This document shows positions 1 through 10,547 of a stretch of 61,232 nt of DNA, piece after piece (within the stretch, counting starts at the first letter, position 1; every line of letters begins with the position of its first letter). Below the pieces are notes generated by a model, which was given only the letters and a program-made list of their open reading frames with translations, made no database searches and was not told the origin of the DNA. Both the position numbers and the translations under genes were made by a program. The stretch spans positions 1-61,232 of the forward strand of contig CAUJFJ010000063.1 in NCBI GenBank assembly GCA_963169675.1, given 5' to 3'. This DNA is from Bacteroidota bacterium. GTDB lineage: Bacteria; Bacteroidota; Bacteroidia; AKYH767-A; OLB10.

Positions 1-34
1 CAATCATCAGAAGCATCAAATTAATACGTTTCAT
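1..34 (-). CDS. 5' end (11 codons) of an unidentified ORF that leaves the window
   Basis: ATG at 34-32 on the minus strand, 60 nt downstream of the murA stop. It reads MKRINLMLLMI..., hydrophobic like a signal peptide. Too short to classify. Confidence 0.2.
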   Translation of the reverse strand, partial: MKRINLMLLMI

Positions 35-94
35 AGGATTTTCAAGTTTTTTTGGACGGTGATTATTTACAAAAATAGTACCACTTTTTAGATT

Positions 95-1405
95 TTAGTA
101 GACCCTTTTAATTTTAGCACCCAATTTATTTAAGCGTTCATCGATTTTCTGGTAACCGCGGTCAATTTGTTCAATGTTATGGATGATGCTTTTACCATCA
201 GCCGAAAGAGCGGCAATGAGCAAAGCCACACCTGCCCTGATATCAGGCGAGGTCATTTGTATGCCACGTAGCGCATGTTTGCGGTTGAGTCCTATTACAG
301 TTGCTCTATGAGGATCACAAAGGATTATTTGGGCACCCATGTCAATTAGTTTATCAACGAAAAAGAGTCTTGATTCGAACATTTTTTGGTGAATCAGCAC
401 TGTTCCATTTGCCTGAGTTGCTGTTACCAGAACCACACTCAGCAAATCGGGAGTGAATCCGGGCCAGATGGCATCGGCAATAGTAAGAATAGAGCCATCA
501 ATAAAAGTATCAATCTCATAATGATCCTGTGCAGGGATGTGGATGTCATCACCACGAAACTCCATATTGATTCCCAGACGTCGGAACACACCCGGGATTA
601 CACCCAGATGTTCAATTCCTGCATCTTTGATGGTAATTTCTGATCCGGTCATAGCCGCCAGTCCGATAAAACTACCAATTTCAATCATATCGGGTAACAT
701 GCGGTGTGAACAACCTCCGAGACCATCAACGCCGTCAATGATCAGCAGATTAGAACCGATTCCGGAAATTTTAGCTCCCATATTATTCAGCATCTTGCAT
801 AGTTGCTGAATATAGGGCTCACAAGCTGCATTGTAAATCGTTGTTCGTCCTTTGGCAAGAACTGCAGCCATAACAATATTGGCTGTACCGGTTACAGAAG
901 CTTCATCAAGGAGCATATAAGTTCCTTTAAGCTCTTTGGCTTCAACCTTATAAAATTCGTCTTTGGAATCGAAGTCAAATTTTGCTCCCAAATTCATGAA
1001 CCCGATAAAGTGGGTATCTAATCTCCGGCGACCAATTTTATCGCCACCAGGCTTAGGAATATGTGCCTTTCCAAACCTTGCCAGCAATGGTCCAACGATC
1101 ATAATAGAACCTCGCAATGCAGCTGCTTGCTTGGCAAAATCAGTAGTCTCCAAAAAATCGAGATTTACATTATCAGCCTGAAATTCTATAATCCCTTCCC
1201 CTTTTCTTGTCAAACGAACGCCCATATTAGCGAGCAATTCAATCAATTTATTTACATCCCTGATATCAGGAATATTGCTGATTGTTACAGGCTGAGGCGT
1301 TAATAACACTGCACATATAATTTGCAGTGCTTCATTTTTTGCTCCTTGAGGAATTATATCACCTTTAAGAGTCAGGCCACCTGTTACTTCGAAACTATTT
1401 CCCAT
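95..1405 (-). CDS. murA: UDP-N-acetylglucosamine 1-carboxyvinyltransferase (MurA)
   Basis: 436-aa ORF with an ATG start. Full-length MurA/EPSP-synthase-fold look (LKGDIIPQGAKNEALQIICAVLLT, GGDKIGRRRLDTH, C-terminal DRGYQKIDERLNKLGAKI). Confidence 0.95.
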   Translation of the reverse strand: MGNSFEVTGGLTLKGDIIPQGAKNEALQIICAVLLTPQPVTISNIPDIRDVNKLIELLANMGVRLTRKGEGIIEFQADNVNLDFLETTDFAKQAAALRGSIMIVGPLLARFGKAHIPKPGGDKIGRRRLDTHFIGFMNLGAKFDFDSKDEFYKVEAKELKGTYMLLDEASVTGTANIVMAAVLAKGRTTIYNAACEPYIQQLCKMLNNMGAKISGIGSNLLIIDGVDGLGGCSHRMLPDMIEIGSFIGLAAMTGSEITIKDAGIEHLGVIPGVFRRLGINMEFRGDDIHIPAQDHYEIDTFIDGSILTIADAIWPGFTPDLLSVVLVTATQANGTVLIHQKMFESRLFFVDKLIDMGAQIILCDPHRATVIGLNRKHALRGIQMTSPDIRAGVALLIAALSADGKSIIHNIEQIDRGYQKIDERLNKLGAKIKRVY

Positions 1406-1416
1406 AAATATTTATA

Positions 1417-2073
1417 TCAACCTTTTCTGTAATTTTTACCATTTCCACCATTCGGCATTCTTGCTTTTGTTCGTTGCTGCTGACGAATTGGCGCTTTCTT
1501 AACCGGAATACGATTCGGTTGTTCAATAGCCTGTTGCAACTTCACATCTTCTTTAACTTTCAACTTACCACCTGATAAAATTCTCAGGTGTTCAAAAATC
1601 ACTTCATCAGCCACAGAATCTTTATTCCAGGTAACATAAAGCATCTTCATAAAGTTGGCGATGTTCACAGTCATTTGTTCTCTTTCCGGAGTTTCTTCCA
1701 GATCCATAACCTCTTTAATCATTTGCTCAATGATGCGGCCATAATGGCGGAAACGAATATCGGAAGTTGGATATGCAATACCACGAGGCTTAACCTTGTA
1801 TGTGAGTGCAGTTGGTTTTTCATAGGGAGAATCGACATCCAGTTTAAAATCGGAGATAATAAAAAGGTGATCCCAAAGCTTATGTTTAAAATCAGTTATA
1901 TCGCGGAGTTGTGGGTTTAACTGTCCCATAACGTTCACGATTGCAACTGCAATTTTATTTCGTTCTTCACGGTCTTCGAGACTCACAGCATATTCGATCA
2001 GCTTCTGAATATTCCGGCCATATTCAGGTATAATGAGTTTGTTTCTTCCGGAATTATATTCCATTTCGATCAT
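1417..2073 (-). CDS. DUF4290 family protein
   Basis: 218 aa. The N-terminal IPEYGRNIQKLIEYA block and the position immediately upstream of murA are typical of the Bacteroidota DUF4290 family. Basic C-terminal tail. Confidence 0.7.
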   Translation of the reverse strand: MIEMEYNSGRNKLIIPEYGRNIQKLIEYAVSLEDREERNKIAVAIVNVMGQLNPQLRDITDFKHKLWDHLFIISDFKLDVDSPYEKPTALTYKVKPRGIAYPTSDIRFRHYGRIIEQMIKEVMDLEETPEREQMTVNIANFMKMLYVTWNKDSVADEVIFEHLRILSGGKLKVKEDVKLQQAIEQPNRIPVKKAPIRQQQRTKARMPNGGNGKNYRKG

Positions 2074-2106
2074 AAAAAAAGTATTTATATTAATTTAAAC
2101 AAGAAT

Positions 2107-4449
2107 CTAGTTTCTGACAATTTTAAGTTTTGCATACTTCAGCAAAAGTTGTTTGTGACCATGTCCGGGAAAATGAACAGTTGCTTTCAGATCAGGAAAA
2201 TCCCCTTCCATAGCGGTAACACTTCCTTCACCAAATTTCTGATGTTCAACAGTCATTCCAACATTTATCGAAGCAGGATCATCTGCTTCAAAAGGTTCTC
2301 CGGCGACGGCTGCAACAGGTGCTTTTTTGAGTTGCGTTACCTTCTTGAATCCCGGTCCGGGTGTAGATGGTACAACTTCAGGCTTACCATTGCGATTACT
2401 ATTGCCAAAGCTGCTCCAGTTTCGCTGACGGTTTATATCGGCACCTTTTACAACAAGTGCAGTTTGATCATCAATAAAATCGGGATTAATTTCACCAATA
2501 AATCTGCTGGGCTCGCAACTGATGAGATTACCCCATTTGTATCTGCTGATAGCATACGACAACGTTAACTTATTTTCAGCTCTTGTAATGGCCACATAAA
2601 ATAATCGTCGTTCTTCTTCCAGCTCAGCCCGGGATTGCAATGCCATTTGTGATGGAAATAAATTTTCTTCGAGGCCAACAACATAAACGCTCTTAAATTC
2701 GAGTCCTTTAGACGCGTGTATGGTCATGAGAGAAACGCTTTCATCATTGGTTTCATCATTTTCCTTATCGGTAATGAGCGCAATATCCTGCAGGAAAACA
2801 TCAAGTGTCCGCAGCGTGTTATCGGCTTCCAGTTCACCGGAAGGAGCAGGTAATGGTGTTGTTCCTTTATCGGTGAATTCCTTAATACCGTTCAATAACT
2901 CCTGAAGATTTTCATAATGACTGATTCCTTCGGGAGATTTGTCAGCATACAATTCTTTGAGTAGTCCGGTTGACATAGCGATGTGGCTTGCCAGATCGAA
3001 TGCTGATTTGGTTTTCAGCATTACCGAAAAACTTTTAATCATAGCTACAAAATCGGCAATGCGTCCGCGTGTTGCAGCTGTGAGACCGGTTTCAATACTA
3101 TTTATTCTTTCCAGCACTTCCCATAGACTACAATTTTCGCGATCGGCAGCAACTATAATCTTATCGACAGAAGTCTTTCCAATTTCTCTTTTAGGATAAT
3201 TAATTACCCGTTTCAAAGCTTCTTCATCTGCCGGGTTTACAGTCAGGCGAAAATAGGCCAGCAGATCTTTAACTTCTTTTCTGGCATAAAACGAAATGCC
3301 GCCATAGATCCTATAAGGAATTCCCTTTCTTCGAAGAGCTTCTTCCATAGAACGGGATTGTGCATTGGTACGATACAAAACTGCAATATCCTTATAGCGG
3401 ATTTGATATTGATTATTATCTGAGAATATGGCATTGGCAACCATATTACCTTCTTCATTATCGCTTAAGCCTTTTAAAAGCCTGATTAATTCACCTTCTG
3501 CATTATCGGTCCACACCGACTTTTTCAACTGCGAACGATTATTCGCAATCAGGCTATTTGCAGCATTCACAATCATTTTAGTAGAACGATAATTTTGTTC
3601 CAGCTTGAATGTTTTCAAATCCGGATAATCGGATTCAAAGCTTAGAATATTCTGAATATTCGCACCACGGAATGCATAAATACTTTGCGCATCATCGCCA
3701 ACAACACAAATATTCTCGTGTTGAGCGGCCAGTTTCCGCACAATAACATACTGCGCATAGTTGGTATCCTGAAACTCATCAACCAGAATGTATTTAAATT
3801 TATTCTGATACTTATGAAGCAATTCCGGAAAATTATTGAGCAAAACAAAAGTATTGAAGAGAAGATCATCAAAATCCATTGCGCCGGATTTGAAGAGGCG
3901 CTTCTGATAAATTTCGTATAACAAACCTAAATGGGGTTTGCCTGCATGTTTATCATCGGTAGTGAGCTCGCTGTTTTCCTGATAATCTTTCCAGGAATAG
4001 AGATTATTTTTTGCTGATGAAATTCTATTGTAAACCAATCCTGGTTTATAAATTTTTTCGTCGAGTCCCTGATCTTTGACAATGTCTTTAATCAGATTTT
4101 TGGCATCATCGGTATCATAAATCGTGAACGAAGAAGGATAACCAATTTTGGGTGCTTCCACGCGAAGCAGTTTAGCAAACACGGAGTGAAAGGTTCCCAT
4201 CCACAAATTGCGTGCTTCATCACCTGCAACATGAGCAATCCTTGATTTCATTTCTCTGGCAGCCTTATTGGTAAAAGTCAGCGAGAGAATATTGAACGGA
4301 TCGGCTCCATTCTGCATCATGTGAACGATACGGTGAACCAGAACCCTGGTTTTCCCTGATCCGGCACCGGCAATTATCATCACAGGACCATCCATACAAA
4401 GTACGGCATCCCGTTGCGATTCATTTAACTGAGCAAGGTATTTATCCAT
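2107..4449 (-). CDS. uvrD: ATP-dependent DNA helicase, UvrD/PcrA/Rep family (SF1A)
   Basis: 780 aa. Walker A AGAGSGKTRVL, motif II ILVDEFQDTN, later SF1 motifs (VGDDAQSIYAFRGA, YRSTK, TIHASKGLEF). C-terminal extension typical of UvrD. Confidence 0.93.
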   Translation of the reverse strand: MDKYLAQLNESQRDAVLCMDGPVMIIAGAGSGKTRVLVHRIVHMMQNGADPFNILSLTFTNKAAREMKSRIAHVAGDEARNLWMGTFHSVFAKLLRVEAPKIGYPSSFTIYDTDDAKNLIKDIVKDQGLDEKIYKPGLVYNRISSAKNNLYSWKDYQENSELTTDDKHAGKPHLGLLYEIYQKRLFKSGAMDFDDLLFNTFVLLNNFPELLHKYQNKFKYILVDEFQDTNYAQYVIVRKLAAQHENICVVGDDAQSIYAFRGANIQNILSFESDYPDLKTFKLEQNYRSTKMIVNAANSLIANNRSQLKKSVWTDNAEGELIRLLKGLSDNEEGNMVANAIFSDNNQYQIRYKDIAVLYRTNAQSRSMEEALRRKGIPYRIYGGISFYARKEVKDLLAYFRLTVNPADEEALKRVINYPKREIGKTSVDKIIVAADRENCSLWEVLERINSIETGLTAATRGRIADFVAMIKSFSVMLKTKSAFDLASHIAMSTGLLKELYADKSPEGISHYENLQELLNGIKEFTDKGTTPLPAPSGELEADNTLRTLDVFLQDIALITDKENDETNDESVSLMTIHASKGLEFKSVYVVGLEENLFPSQMALQSRAELEEERRLFYVAITRAENKLTLSYAISRYKWGNLISCEPSRFIGEINPDFIDDQTALVVKGADINRQRNWSSFGNSNRNGKPEVVPSTPGPGFKKVTQLKKAPVAAVAGEPFEADDPASINVGMTVEHQKFGEGSVTAMEGDFPDLKATVHFPGHGHKQLLLKYAKLKIVRN

Positions 4450-4488
4450 TTAAAAAGCGTCCGAAATCCTTATTTCATCTGGACTTGT

Positions 4489-4496
4489 CAAAGTTA
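4489..4496 (-). promoter_or_regulatory. -7 promoter box (TAACTTTG on minus strand) for uvrD
   Basis: Matches the Bacteroidota sigma-ABfr -7 consensus TAnnTTTG, 39 nt upstream of the uvrD ATG. Confidence 0.5.
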
Positions 4497-4542
4497 AGGC
4501 TTTTTGGGAAATTTGCATTTCATTTTTTATAAACAACCCAGT

Positions 4543-5235
4543 ATGAAAAAAATCTTCTTTACCCTTCTGTTTTTTACCATTGTAACAGCAGTATCGGCAC
4601 AAAAAAACAAAGTTTCTGATACCACCCAGGTTTGGTCGAGGTACCGTAACGCAGTGCTATTCAATGATCTTGATGTGGCAAAGAATGCCTTATTCGAAGT
4701 TATAGCCATGCAGCCACAGGTAACAACGCATTACGATTCCCTGGCTAACCTTTACTTCAGGATGGGTGCTTATCAGCAGGCTATTATAGCAGCAGAAAAA
4801 GCACCTCAGCGTGATGTTCTGAAAGAAATACAAGCTTATTCCTACCGGAACTTAGGTGATGTTAAGGCCGCGCTTCCGTTGTTTGAGTCGTTGTTTACAG
4901 CCTCCGGCTCACCGGAACATGGTTATCAGCTAGCAACACTTCAATACAGTTTAAAGCGCTTAGGCGAGTGTGCTTTAACAGCTTCGAAGGTTTCGGTTCA
5001 TCCGGATGCAAAAAAAGAGAAAGTAATTATAAGTACCGAACAAGGCGAAAATATGGAAGTTTCATACCACTCTGCTGCTGAGAATCTGATGGGGGTGTTG
5101 TATTTGGAACTGGGTAAAAAAGAACTTGCAAAAGAATCATTTACAAAAGCAATTACAGATACACCGGATTTTACCTTAGCGAAAAAAAATCTGGCAAGCC
5201 TGAATTCCAATGCTGAAACTCCGGTCAAACAATAA
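4543..5235 (+). CDS. Secreted TPR-like repeat protein, function unknown
   Basis: ATG at 4543 gives the signal peptide MKKIFFTLLFFTIVTAVSAQ. The upstream TTG at 4504 only adds a non-signal extension. Helical-repeat composition (AxxxY/F, LG motifs). Confidence 0.65.
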   Translation: MKKIFFTLLFFTIVTAVSAQKNKVSDTTQVWSRYRNAVLFNDLDVAKNALFEVIAMQPQVTTHYDSLANLYFRMGAYQQAIIAAEKAPQRDVLKEIQAYSYRNLGDVKAALPLFESLFTASGSPEHGYQLATLQYSLKRLGECALTASKVSVHPDAKKEKVIISTEQGENMEVSYHSAAENLMGVLYLELGKKELAKESFTKAITDTPDFTLAKKNLASLNSNAETPVKQ

Positions 5236-5316
5236 TAAACTCCTTTGATTCAGCGTAGTTGATAATAACTACCATTCAAATCAGTTAAAAACAATCCAAA
5301 AACAGGCATCTTTAGT

Positions 5317-5324
5317 TAACTTTG
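5317..5324 (+). promoter_or_regulatory. -7 promoter box TAACTTTG for thyA-folA
   Basis: TAnnTTTG consensus 20 nt upstream of the thyA ATG. Confidence 0.55.
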
Positions 5325-5344
5325 CCCTTGAAAACCCCTCAGTT

Positions 5345-6139
5345 ATGAAACAATACCACGATTTACTTCGCCATGTCATGAACCATGGTGCAGATAAAAG
5401 CGACCGGACAGGAACCGGCACACGGAGTGTTTTTGGATATCAGATGCGATTTAATCTGGAAGAAGGATTTCCGATGGTTACCACCAAGAAATTGCATGTA
5501 AAATCAATTATTCATGAATTACTTTGGTTTCTGAAAGGCGACACCAATATTCGTTACCTGACTGAGAATGGGGTCAGTATTTGGAATGAATGGGCTGATG
5601 CCGATGGGAATCTGGGACCGGTTTATGGCTATCAATGGCGTTCGTGGCCAACTCCTGAAGGCGGACATGTTGATCAGATCACCAATCTTATAGATCAGAT
5701 CAAAAAAAATCCGGATTCACGCCGGCTTTTGGTAAATGCCTGGAATGTTGGTTTTATTGAGAAAATGGCACTCCCACCCTGCCATATCCTTTTTCAGTTT
5801 TACGTGGCTGATGGTAAATTATCCTGTCAATTATATCAGCGAAGTGCAGATTTATTCCTTGGGGTTCCATTTAATATAGCTTCCTATTCCTTATTAACAC
5901 TGATGGTTGCACAAGTTTGCAATCTGAAACCCGGAGAATTCATACATACTTTCGGTGATGTGCATATTTACAACAATCACTTCGATCAGGTTAATTTACA
6001 ATTGAGTCGTGATCCTAAACAGTTGCCTTTGATGCGCATCAATCCATTAATTAAAAATATTTTCGAATTTCAGTATAACGATTTTTTCCTTTCGGGATAT
6101 GAACCTCATCCGGCAATAAAAGCAGCTGTTGCTGTGTAA
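5345..6139 (+). CDS. thyA: Thymidylate synthase (ThyA type)
   Basis: 264 aa. [12 protein letters not shown], catalytic Cys in [27 protein letters not shown]-terminal AVAV. Confidence 0.97.
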   Translation: MKQYHDLLRHVMNHGADKSDRTGTGTRSVFGYQMRFNLEEGFPMVTTKKLHVKSIIHELLWFLKGDTNIRYLTENGVSIWNEWADADGNLGPVYGYQWRSWPTPEGGHVDQITNLIDQIKKNPDSRRLLVNAWNVGFIEKMALPPCHILFQFYVADGKLSCQLYQRSADLFLGVPFNIASYSLLTLMVAQVCNLKPGEFIHTFGDVHIYNNHFDQVNLQLSRDPKQLPLMRINPLIKNIFEFQYNDFFLSGYEPHPAIKAAVAV

Positions 6140-6148
6140 ATTTCGAAC

Positions 6149-6634
6149 ATGAAAATTTCACTTATTGTTGCATTTGATGAGAACCGGCTGATTGGTCGCG
6201 ATAACGGATTACCCTGGCATCTTCCTGCCGATCTGAAGCATTTCAAAACACTCACCATGGGTCATCATATGATCATGGGAAGAAAGACTTTTGAATCGAT
6301 TGGTAAACCGTTACCGGGACGGACATCTGTAATTATTACCCGACAAACCGATTACCTTGCAGATGGCTGTATAGTAACTCAGAATTTTACAGAAGCAATG
6401 ATGCAATGTTCCGGACAAGAAGAAATTTTCATTATTGGCGGGGCACAAATTTTTGAATGTACATTACCCTTGGCAGATACACTTTACATCACACAAATAC
6501 ATCATGCTTTTGAAGGAGATACTTTCTTCCCTGAAATCAAATCATCGGAGTGGGAAGAAATCAGCAGGGAACGGCATGAAGGCGATGAGAAAAACCAATG
6601 GCCTTATTCGTTCATTACCTATAATAAGAAGTGA
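6149..6634 (+). CDS. folA: Dihydrofolate reductase
   Basis: 161 aa, starting 9 nt after thyA. LIGRDNGLPWHLPADLKHFKTLT and IMGRKTFESIG motifs. Confidence 0.95.
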   Translation: MKISLIVAFDENRLIGRDNGLPWHLPADLKHFKTLTMGHHMIMGRKTFESIGKPLPGRTSVIITRQTDYLADGCIVTQNFTEAMMQCSGQEEIFIIGGAQIFECTLPLADTLYITQIHHAFEGDTFFPEIKSSEWEEISRERHEGDEKNQWPYSFITYNKK

Positions 6635-6644
6635 TTTTAGGTTT

Positions 6645-6664
6645 GGATGTGTATTTACCACATC
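6645..6664. terminator. Weak hairpin between convergent folA and clpX
   Basis: GATGTG-N7-CACATC stem (6 bp) in the 53-nt gap between the convergent genes, followed by a partial T-rich tract. Confidence 0.25.
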
Positions 6665-6687
6665 GTTATTTAAAAGCAATAAAAATA

Positions 6688-7926
6688 TCAGGCAACTTTC
6701 AGCTTACTGATATTGGATTTATTAACCTTTTCGACAGCATATTTCAAAGTCACCTTCACAGTACCTTCTTTACCGGAAGATGGAGTTTCAAACATCAGAT
6801 CGAGCATAATTGCTTCGCAGATGGAACGCAATCCACGTGCCCCCAATTTGAATTCCATGGCTTTATCAACAATAAAATCGAGCACATCATCATCAAATTT
6901 CAGTTTAATGTTTTCCATTTCAAAAAGGCGTTCATACTGACGCATGAGTGCATTTTTAGGTTCAGTGAGAATGGAACGTAATGTAGCTTTATCGAGAGGT
7001 AACAGATGGGTTACAACAGGCAATCGACCGATTAATTCAGGAATAAGACCAAATGTTTTTAAATCGACTGGAGAAATATATTGCATCATATTTTCACGAT
7101 CAATTTCGTTAAGGTCTTTGCCTGAGCCGAAACCAATAGCAGAAGTTTGCATTCTTCGTGCAATAATTTTATCGATACCATCGAAAGCACCACCGCAAAT
7201 GAAAAGAATGTTTTGTGTATTCACAGCAATCATTTTCTGCTCCGGATGTTTTCTTCCACCCTGAGGAGGCACATTCACAATAGTATTCTCCAGCATTTTC
7301 AGGAGGCCTTGTTGCACACCTTCACCGGAAACATCACGGGTAATAGAAGGGTTATCGGATTTGCGGGCTATTTTGTCGATTTCATCGATGTAAACAATTC
7401 CTCTTTCAGCAGCGGCAACATCATAATCAGCAGCCTGGAGTAAGCGGGTCAAAACGCTTTCAACATCTTCACCAACATAACCTGCTTCTGTTAAAACTGT
7501 AGCATCGGCAATACAAAAAGGAACTTTCAGCATGCGGGCAATACTACGTGCAAGGAGTGTTTTACCGGTTCCGGTTTCACCAACTAAAATAATATTGGAC
7601 TTATCAATTTCAACATCTTCTTTCTGACGGGCACGATAAATAAGTCGTTTGTAGTGATTGTAAACAGCAACAGAAATAACCTTCTTGGCTTCATTCTGTC
7701 CAATCACATACTGATCAAGAAATTCTTTAATTTCCAGAGGCTTCAACAACTGAAGGCTGGTGGAAATAGAGCTTTTCAGTTTCTCAGCAGATTCTTCATT
7801 AACAATTTGCTGAGCCTGAGTAATGCACTGATCACAGATATGTCCGGACATACCGGCGATCAGTACATTAGTGGCGCTTTTATCGCGGCCACAAAAGGAG
7901 CATTTTATTTCTTTATTATTTTTCAA
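6688..7926 (-). CDS. clpX: ATP-dependent Clp protease ATP-binding subunit ClpX
   Basis: 412 aa. N-terminal zinc ribbon CSFCG...ICDQC, Walker A GETGTGKT, Walker B VYIDEIDK. The only start upstream of the zinc ribbon is TTG at 7926-7924. Confidence 0.96.
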   Translation of the reverse strand: MKNNKEIKCSFCGRDKSATNVLIAGMSGHICDQCITQAQQIVNEESAEKLKSSISTSLQLLKPLEIKEFLDQYVIGQNEAKKVISVAVYNHYKRLIYRARQKEDVEIDKSNIILVGETGTGKTLLARSIARMLKVPFCIADATVLTEAGYVGEDVESVLTRLLQAADYDVAAAERGIVYIDEIDKIARKSDNPSITRDVSGEGVQQGLLKMLENTIVNVPPQGGRKHPEQKMIAVNTQNILFICGGAFDGIDKIIARRMQTSAIGFGSGKDLNEIDRENMMQYISPVDLKTFGLIPELIGRLPVVTHLLPLDKATLRSILTEPKNALMRQYERLFEMENIKLKFDDDVLDFIVDKAMEFKLGARGLRSICEAIMLDLMFETPSSGKEGTVKVTLKYAVEKVNKSNISKLKVA

Positions 7927-7937
7927 AAGCTAAACTA

Positions 7938-8627
7938 TTACTTAGTGGTATTTTTATTTCTTGTAAGCACTTCATCAATCATTCCGTATTCTTTAGATTC
8001 ATCGGCAGTCATCCAGTAATCGCGATCAGAATCTTTCCAGACATCATCATATGGTTTGCCTGAGTGAATTGAAATAATTTCGTAGAGTTCTTTTTTCAGT
8101 TTTTGAATTTCACGAGCTGTAATTTCGATATCAGAAGCCTGACCTTCAGCACCACCCATTGGCTGATGAATCATAATGCGGGCATGCTTAAGAGCGGAAC
8201 GTTTTCCTTTGGTACCGGCACACATAAGTACGGCAGCCATTGATGCAGCCATTCCGGTACAGATGGTAGAAACATCGGGACCAATAAACTGCATTGTATC
8301 ATAGATCCCTAAACCGGCATAAACGCTGCCTCCGGGGCTATTTACATAAATCTGAATATCTCTTTTTGCATCGGCAGATTCCAGAAACAGCAATTGAGCC
8401 TGAATAATATTGGCAACATAATCGTTAATTGGAACACCCATGAAAATGATTCTGTCCATCATTAATCTTGAAAAAACGTCCATGGTAGCAACATTCAGCT
8501 GACGTTCTTCAATGATTGTAGGAGAAATATAATTGGCATAAACAGAGTTAATATACGAACCAACGTGCATACTATTAAGCCCGCGGTGCTTTACTGCATA
8601 CTTTTCAAATTCTTTTCCGTAGTCCAT
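7938..8627 (-). CDS. clpP: ATP-dependent Clp protease proteolytic subunit ClpP
   Basis: 229 aa. Ser in GMAASMAA, His in MIHQP, Asp in DSDRDYW. Lies 11 nt upstream of clpX. Confidence 0.96.
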   Translation of the reverse strand: MDYGKEFEKYAVKHRGLNSMHVGSYINSVYANYISPTIIEERQLNVATMDVFSRLMMDRIIFMGVPINDYVANIIQAQLLFLESADAKRDIQIYVNSPGGSVYAGLGIYDTMQFIGPDVSTICTGMAASMAAVLMCAGTKGKRSALKHARIMIHQPMGGAEGQASDIEITAREIQKLKKELYEIISIHSGKPYDDVWKDSDRDYWMTADESKEYGMIDEVLTRNKNTTK

Positions 8628-8682
8628 AACTGTTTTTTTAAGTTAGAATGTAAAATTGAGTATTTTTTTTGAAAAAGGGAAA

Positions 8683-10050
8683 TTAATGTGCGTGCTGATG
8701 TTCTTTAACAATTCTAAGGAATTCATCGTAGGAAACCTTAATAACATTGGTATTAACAACAGATTTCAGGTAATTAAACACTTTTCTGTCGGAAAGGGTT
8801 TCAATAATCCGCTCCACAGACTCTCTTTTTTCAAGATAACGGTTTACCAGACCGGTCATGATTTCATCGGTTAAGCCAGCTGAATATCCTGAAAACTGGT
8901 GGAGGATATATTGTTTAGCCATTTCACGAATTTCATCCTGAGAAATATTCATATTCTGGTCGCGGAAAATCCGGTTTTCGATCAGACGCAATTTCATACC
9001 TCTGGAATAACCACCATATTCTTTTTCCACTTGCTCGGGAGTAAGCGGTTTTTCAACGGCAGTCTGTAACCATTTCTGAAGGAATGCATCTGGTAGTTTT
9101 AGGCTTAATTCATCCAACAGGTGATCTTCAATGTCGTGTTTGAGTTTCATGTCAGTATCCTGAACATACATTCCGGCAATTTCCGCTCTCACTTTCTCAC
9201 GGAAACCGGCTTCATCCGTAACAACATTCTCCCCATATATCTTATCAAAAAACTCCTGATTCATTTCAGCCTTCTCTACCTGATTTACGGTATCGATAGT
9301 GTAATTGAAGTCCGAATTAATTCCTGATACTTTGTCGACCGGTTGATTCAGCATATGTGCAATTTCATCGGCATCATTGTTAAAGGCAACAGCTAAATTG
9401 ACTTTAACTGTATCATCTTTTTTCAGTCCGATCAGTGATTTTTTCACTGCATCATCTTTAACTGATTCCACTGATAATGTAGAACGGCTGATGATTCCAC
9501 CTTCTTTAACAGCACCGGCAGCGTCGAGCTCTGCAAAGTCACCATAGAAAATCGTTAATTCATTAGAAGCTTCCGGATTGGAAAACTTACCATATTTCCT
9601 GCGGATATCATCTACATATTGAGTGATTTTATCTTCTTCAACAATTATTTCATAGGAAGTAAATGTCTGAGATGGAGGCAATGTTAAACTGAATTGAGGA
9701 GCCAGTCCTATTTCAAAAATAAATTCAAAATTACCCGGAGCGTCCCAATTGTTAATGCTATCGTTAGAAGGCTGAGGAATTGGACTTCCAAGCAGATCAA
9801 GTTTTTGCTCGGTGATATAACTTTCAATAGAACCTGAAACAATTTTATTTAATTCATCGATAAGTATCGACTTTCCATATCTCTTTTTCACTAGACCAAC
9901 GGGAACATGTCCGGGACGAAATCCAGGTAAGTTCATTGATTTCTGATACTTTTTTAATTCGGATTCAACCTTTTCGGTATAATCTTCCGGTGTCAGATTA
10001 ATTTTTAAAATTTCATTCAGTGTACCGATCTCTTCTCTGGTAATGTTCAT
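8683..10050 (-). CDS. tig: Trigger factor
   Basis: 455 aa. Ribosome-binding signature PGFRPGHVP near the N-terminus. Classical tig-clpP-clpX order. Confidence 0.93.
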   Translation of the reverse strand: MNITREEIGTLNEILKINLTPEDYTEKVESELKKYQKSMNLPGFRPGHVPVGLVKKRYGKSILIDELNKIVSGSIESYITEQKLDLLGSPIPQPSNDSINNWDAPGNFEFIFEIGLAPQFSLTLPPSQTFTSYEIIVEEDKITQYVDDIRRKYGKFSNPEASNELTIFYGDFAELDAAGAVKEGGIISRSTLSVESVKDDAVKKSLIGLKKDDTVKVNLAVAFNNDADEIAHMLNQPVDKVSGINSDFNYTIDTVNQVEKAEMNQEFFDKIYGENVVTDEAGFREKVRAEIAGMYVQDTDMKLKHDIEDHLLDELSLKLPDAFLQKWLQTAVEKPLTPEQVEKEYGGYSRGMKLRLIENRIFRDQNMNISQDEIREMAKQYILHQFSGYSAGLTDEIMTGLVNRYLEKRESVERIIETLSDRKVFNYLKSVVNTNVIKVSYDEFLRIVKEHQHAH

Positions 10051-10139
10051 TTTAACGATGCTTATAAATTATTTAGTTTTTTATCGAAGTATAATTGGGT
10101 TTAATGCAAAAGTGAGCTACAAATCTCAATTTGGCGGTG

Positions 10140-10147
10140 CAAAATTA
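10140..10147 (-). promoter_or_regulatory. -7 promoter box (TAATTTTG on minus strand) for tig
   Basis: TAnnTTTG consensus 89 nt upstream of the tig ATG and downstream of the tRNA-Leu terminator. Confidence 0.45.
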
Positions 10148-10274
10148 AGCATTTTTAAGCAGATTTCCGATTTGAAGCAGGGTTTACTAAGGTAAAAAGC
10201 AGTGTTTGAAAGTAAATTTAGCAAAGTAACAACTATCTGTATTTCAAATATATAACTACTGTAAAAGAAGAATT

Positions 10275-10310
10275 AAAAAATAAAAAAGGCTGTTTCTTTT
10301 AGAAACAGCC
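10275..10310 (-). terminator. Rho-independent terminator after tRNA-Leu
   Basis: Perfect 10-bp stem GGCTGTTTCT / AGAAACAGCC with a 3-nt loop (10288-10310). On the minus strand it is followed by a long U-run (A-run 10275-10287 on plus). Confidence 0.85.
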
Positions 10311-10319
10311 TTTTAAGAG

Positions 10320-10401
10320 TGCGCATGGAGGGACTCGAACCCCCACGCCGTGAAGCACCAGATCCTAAGTCTGGCGCGGCTACCAATTACGCCACATGCG
10401 C
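10320..10401 (-). tRNA. tRNA-Leu (anticodon UAG)
   Basis: The reverse complement folds as a type II tRNA. Acceptor GCGCATG/CATGCGC, anticodon stem CCAGA/TCTGG with loop CTTAGGA, long variable arm, T-arm GGGGG-TTCGAGT-CCCTC, discriminator A. CCA is not encoded. Confidence 0.9.
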
Positions 10402-10445
10402 ATTTAAAGAACAATTTCTGAAGCCTTAAAAAACCTCAGCGGCTG

Positions 10446-10453
10446 CAAAAGTA
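10446..10453 (-). promoter_or_regulatory. -7 promoter box (TACTTTTG on minus strand) for tRNA-Leu
   Basis: TAnnTTTG consensus 44 nt upstream of the mature tRNA 5' end. Confidence 0.45.
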
Positions 10454-10547
10454 GGAAATATTTCATAATTCCGGCAATTATTGGTTTTTTTTCAGAAAAG
10501 TAGAGTCATGCGAAACACCAAAACTGATGATTCAGTACCTTTAGCGC

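Noticed and set aside
6631-8019. Plus-strand ORFs (116, 75, 106, 98 and 121 aa) across clpX and clpP
   Set aside because: All are antisense to clpX and clpP, whose motifs are unambiguous.
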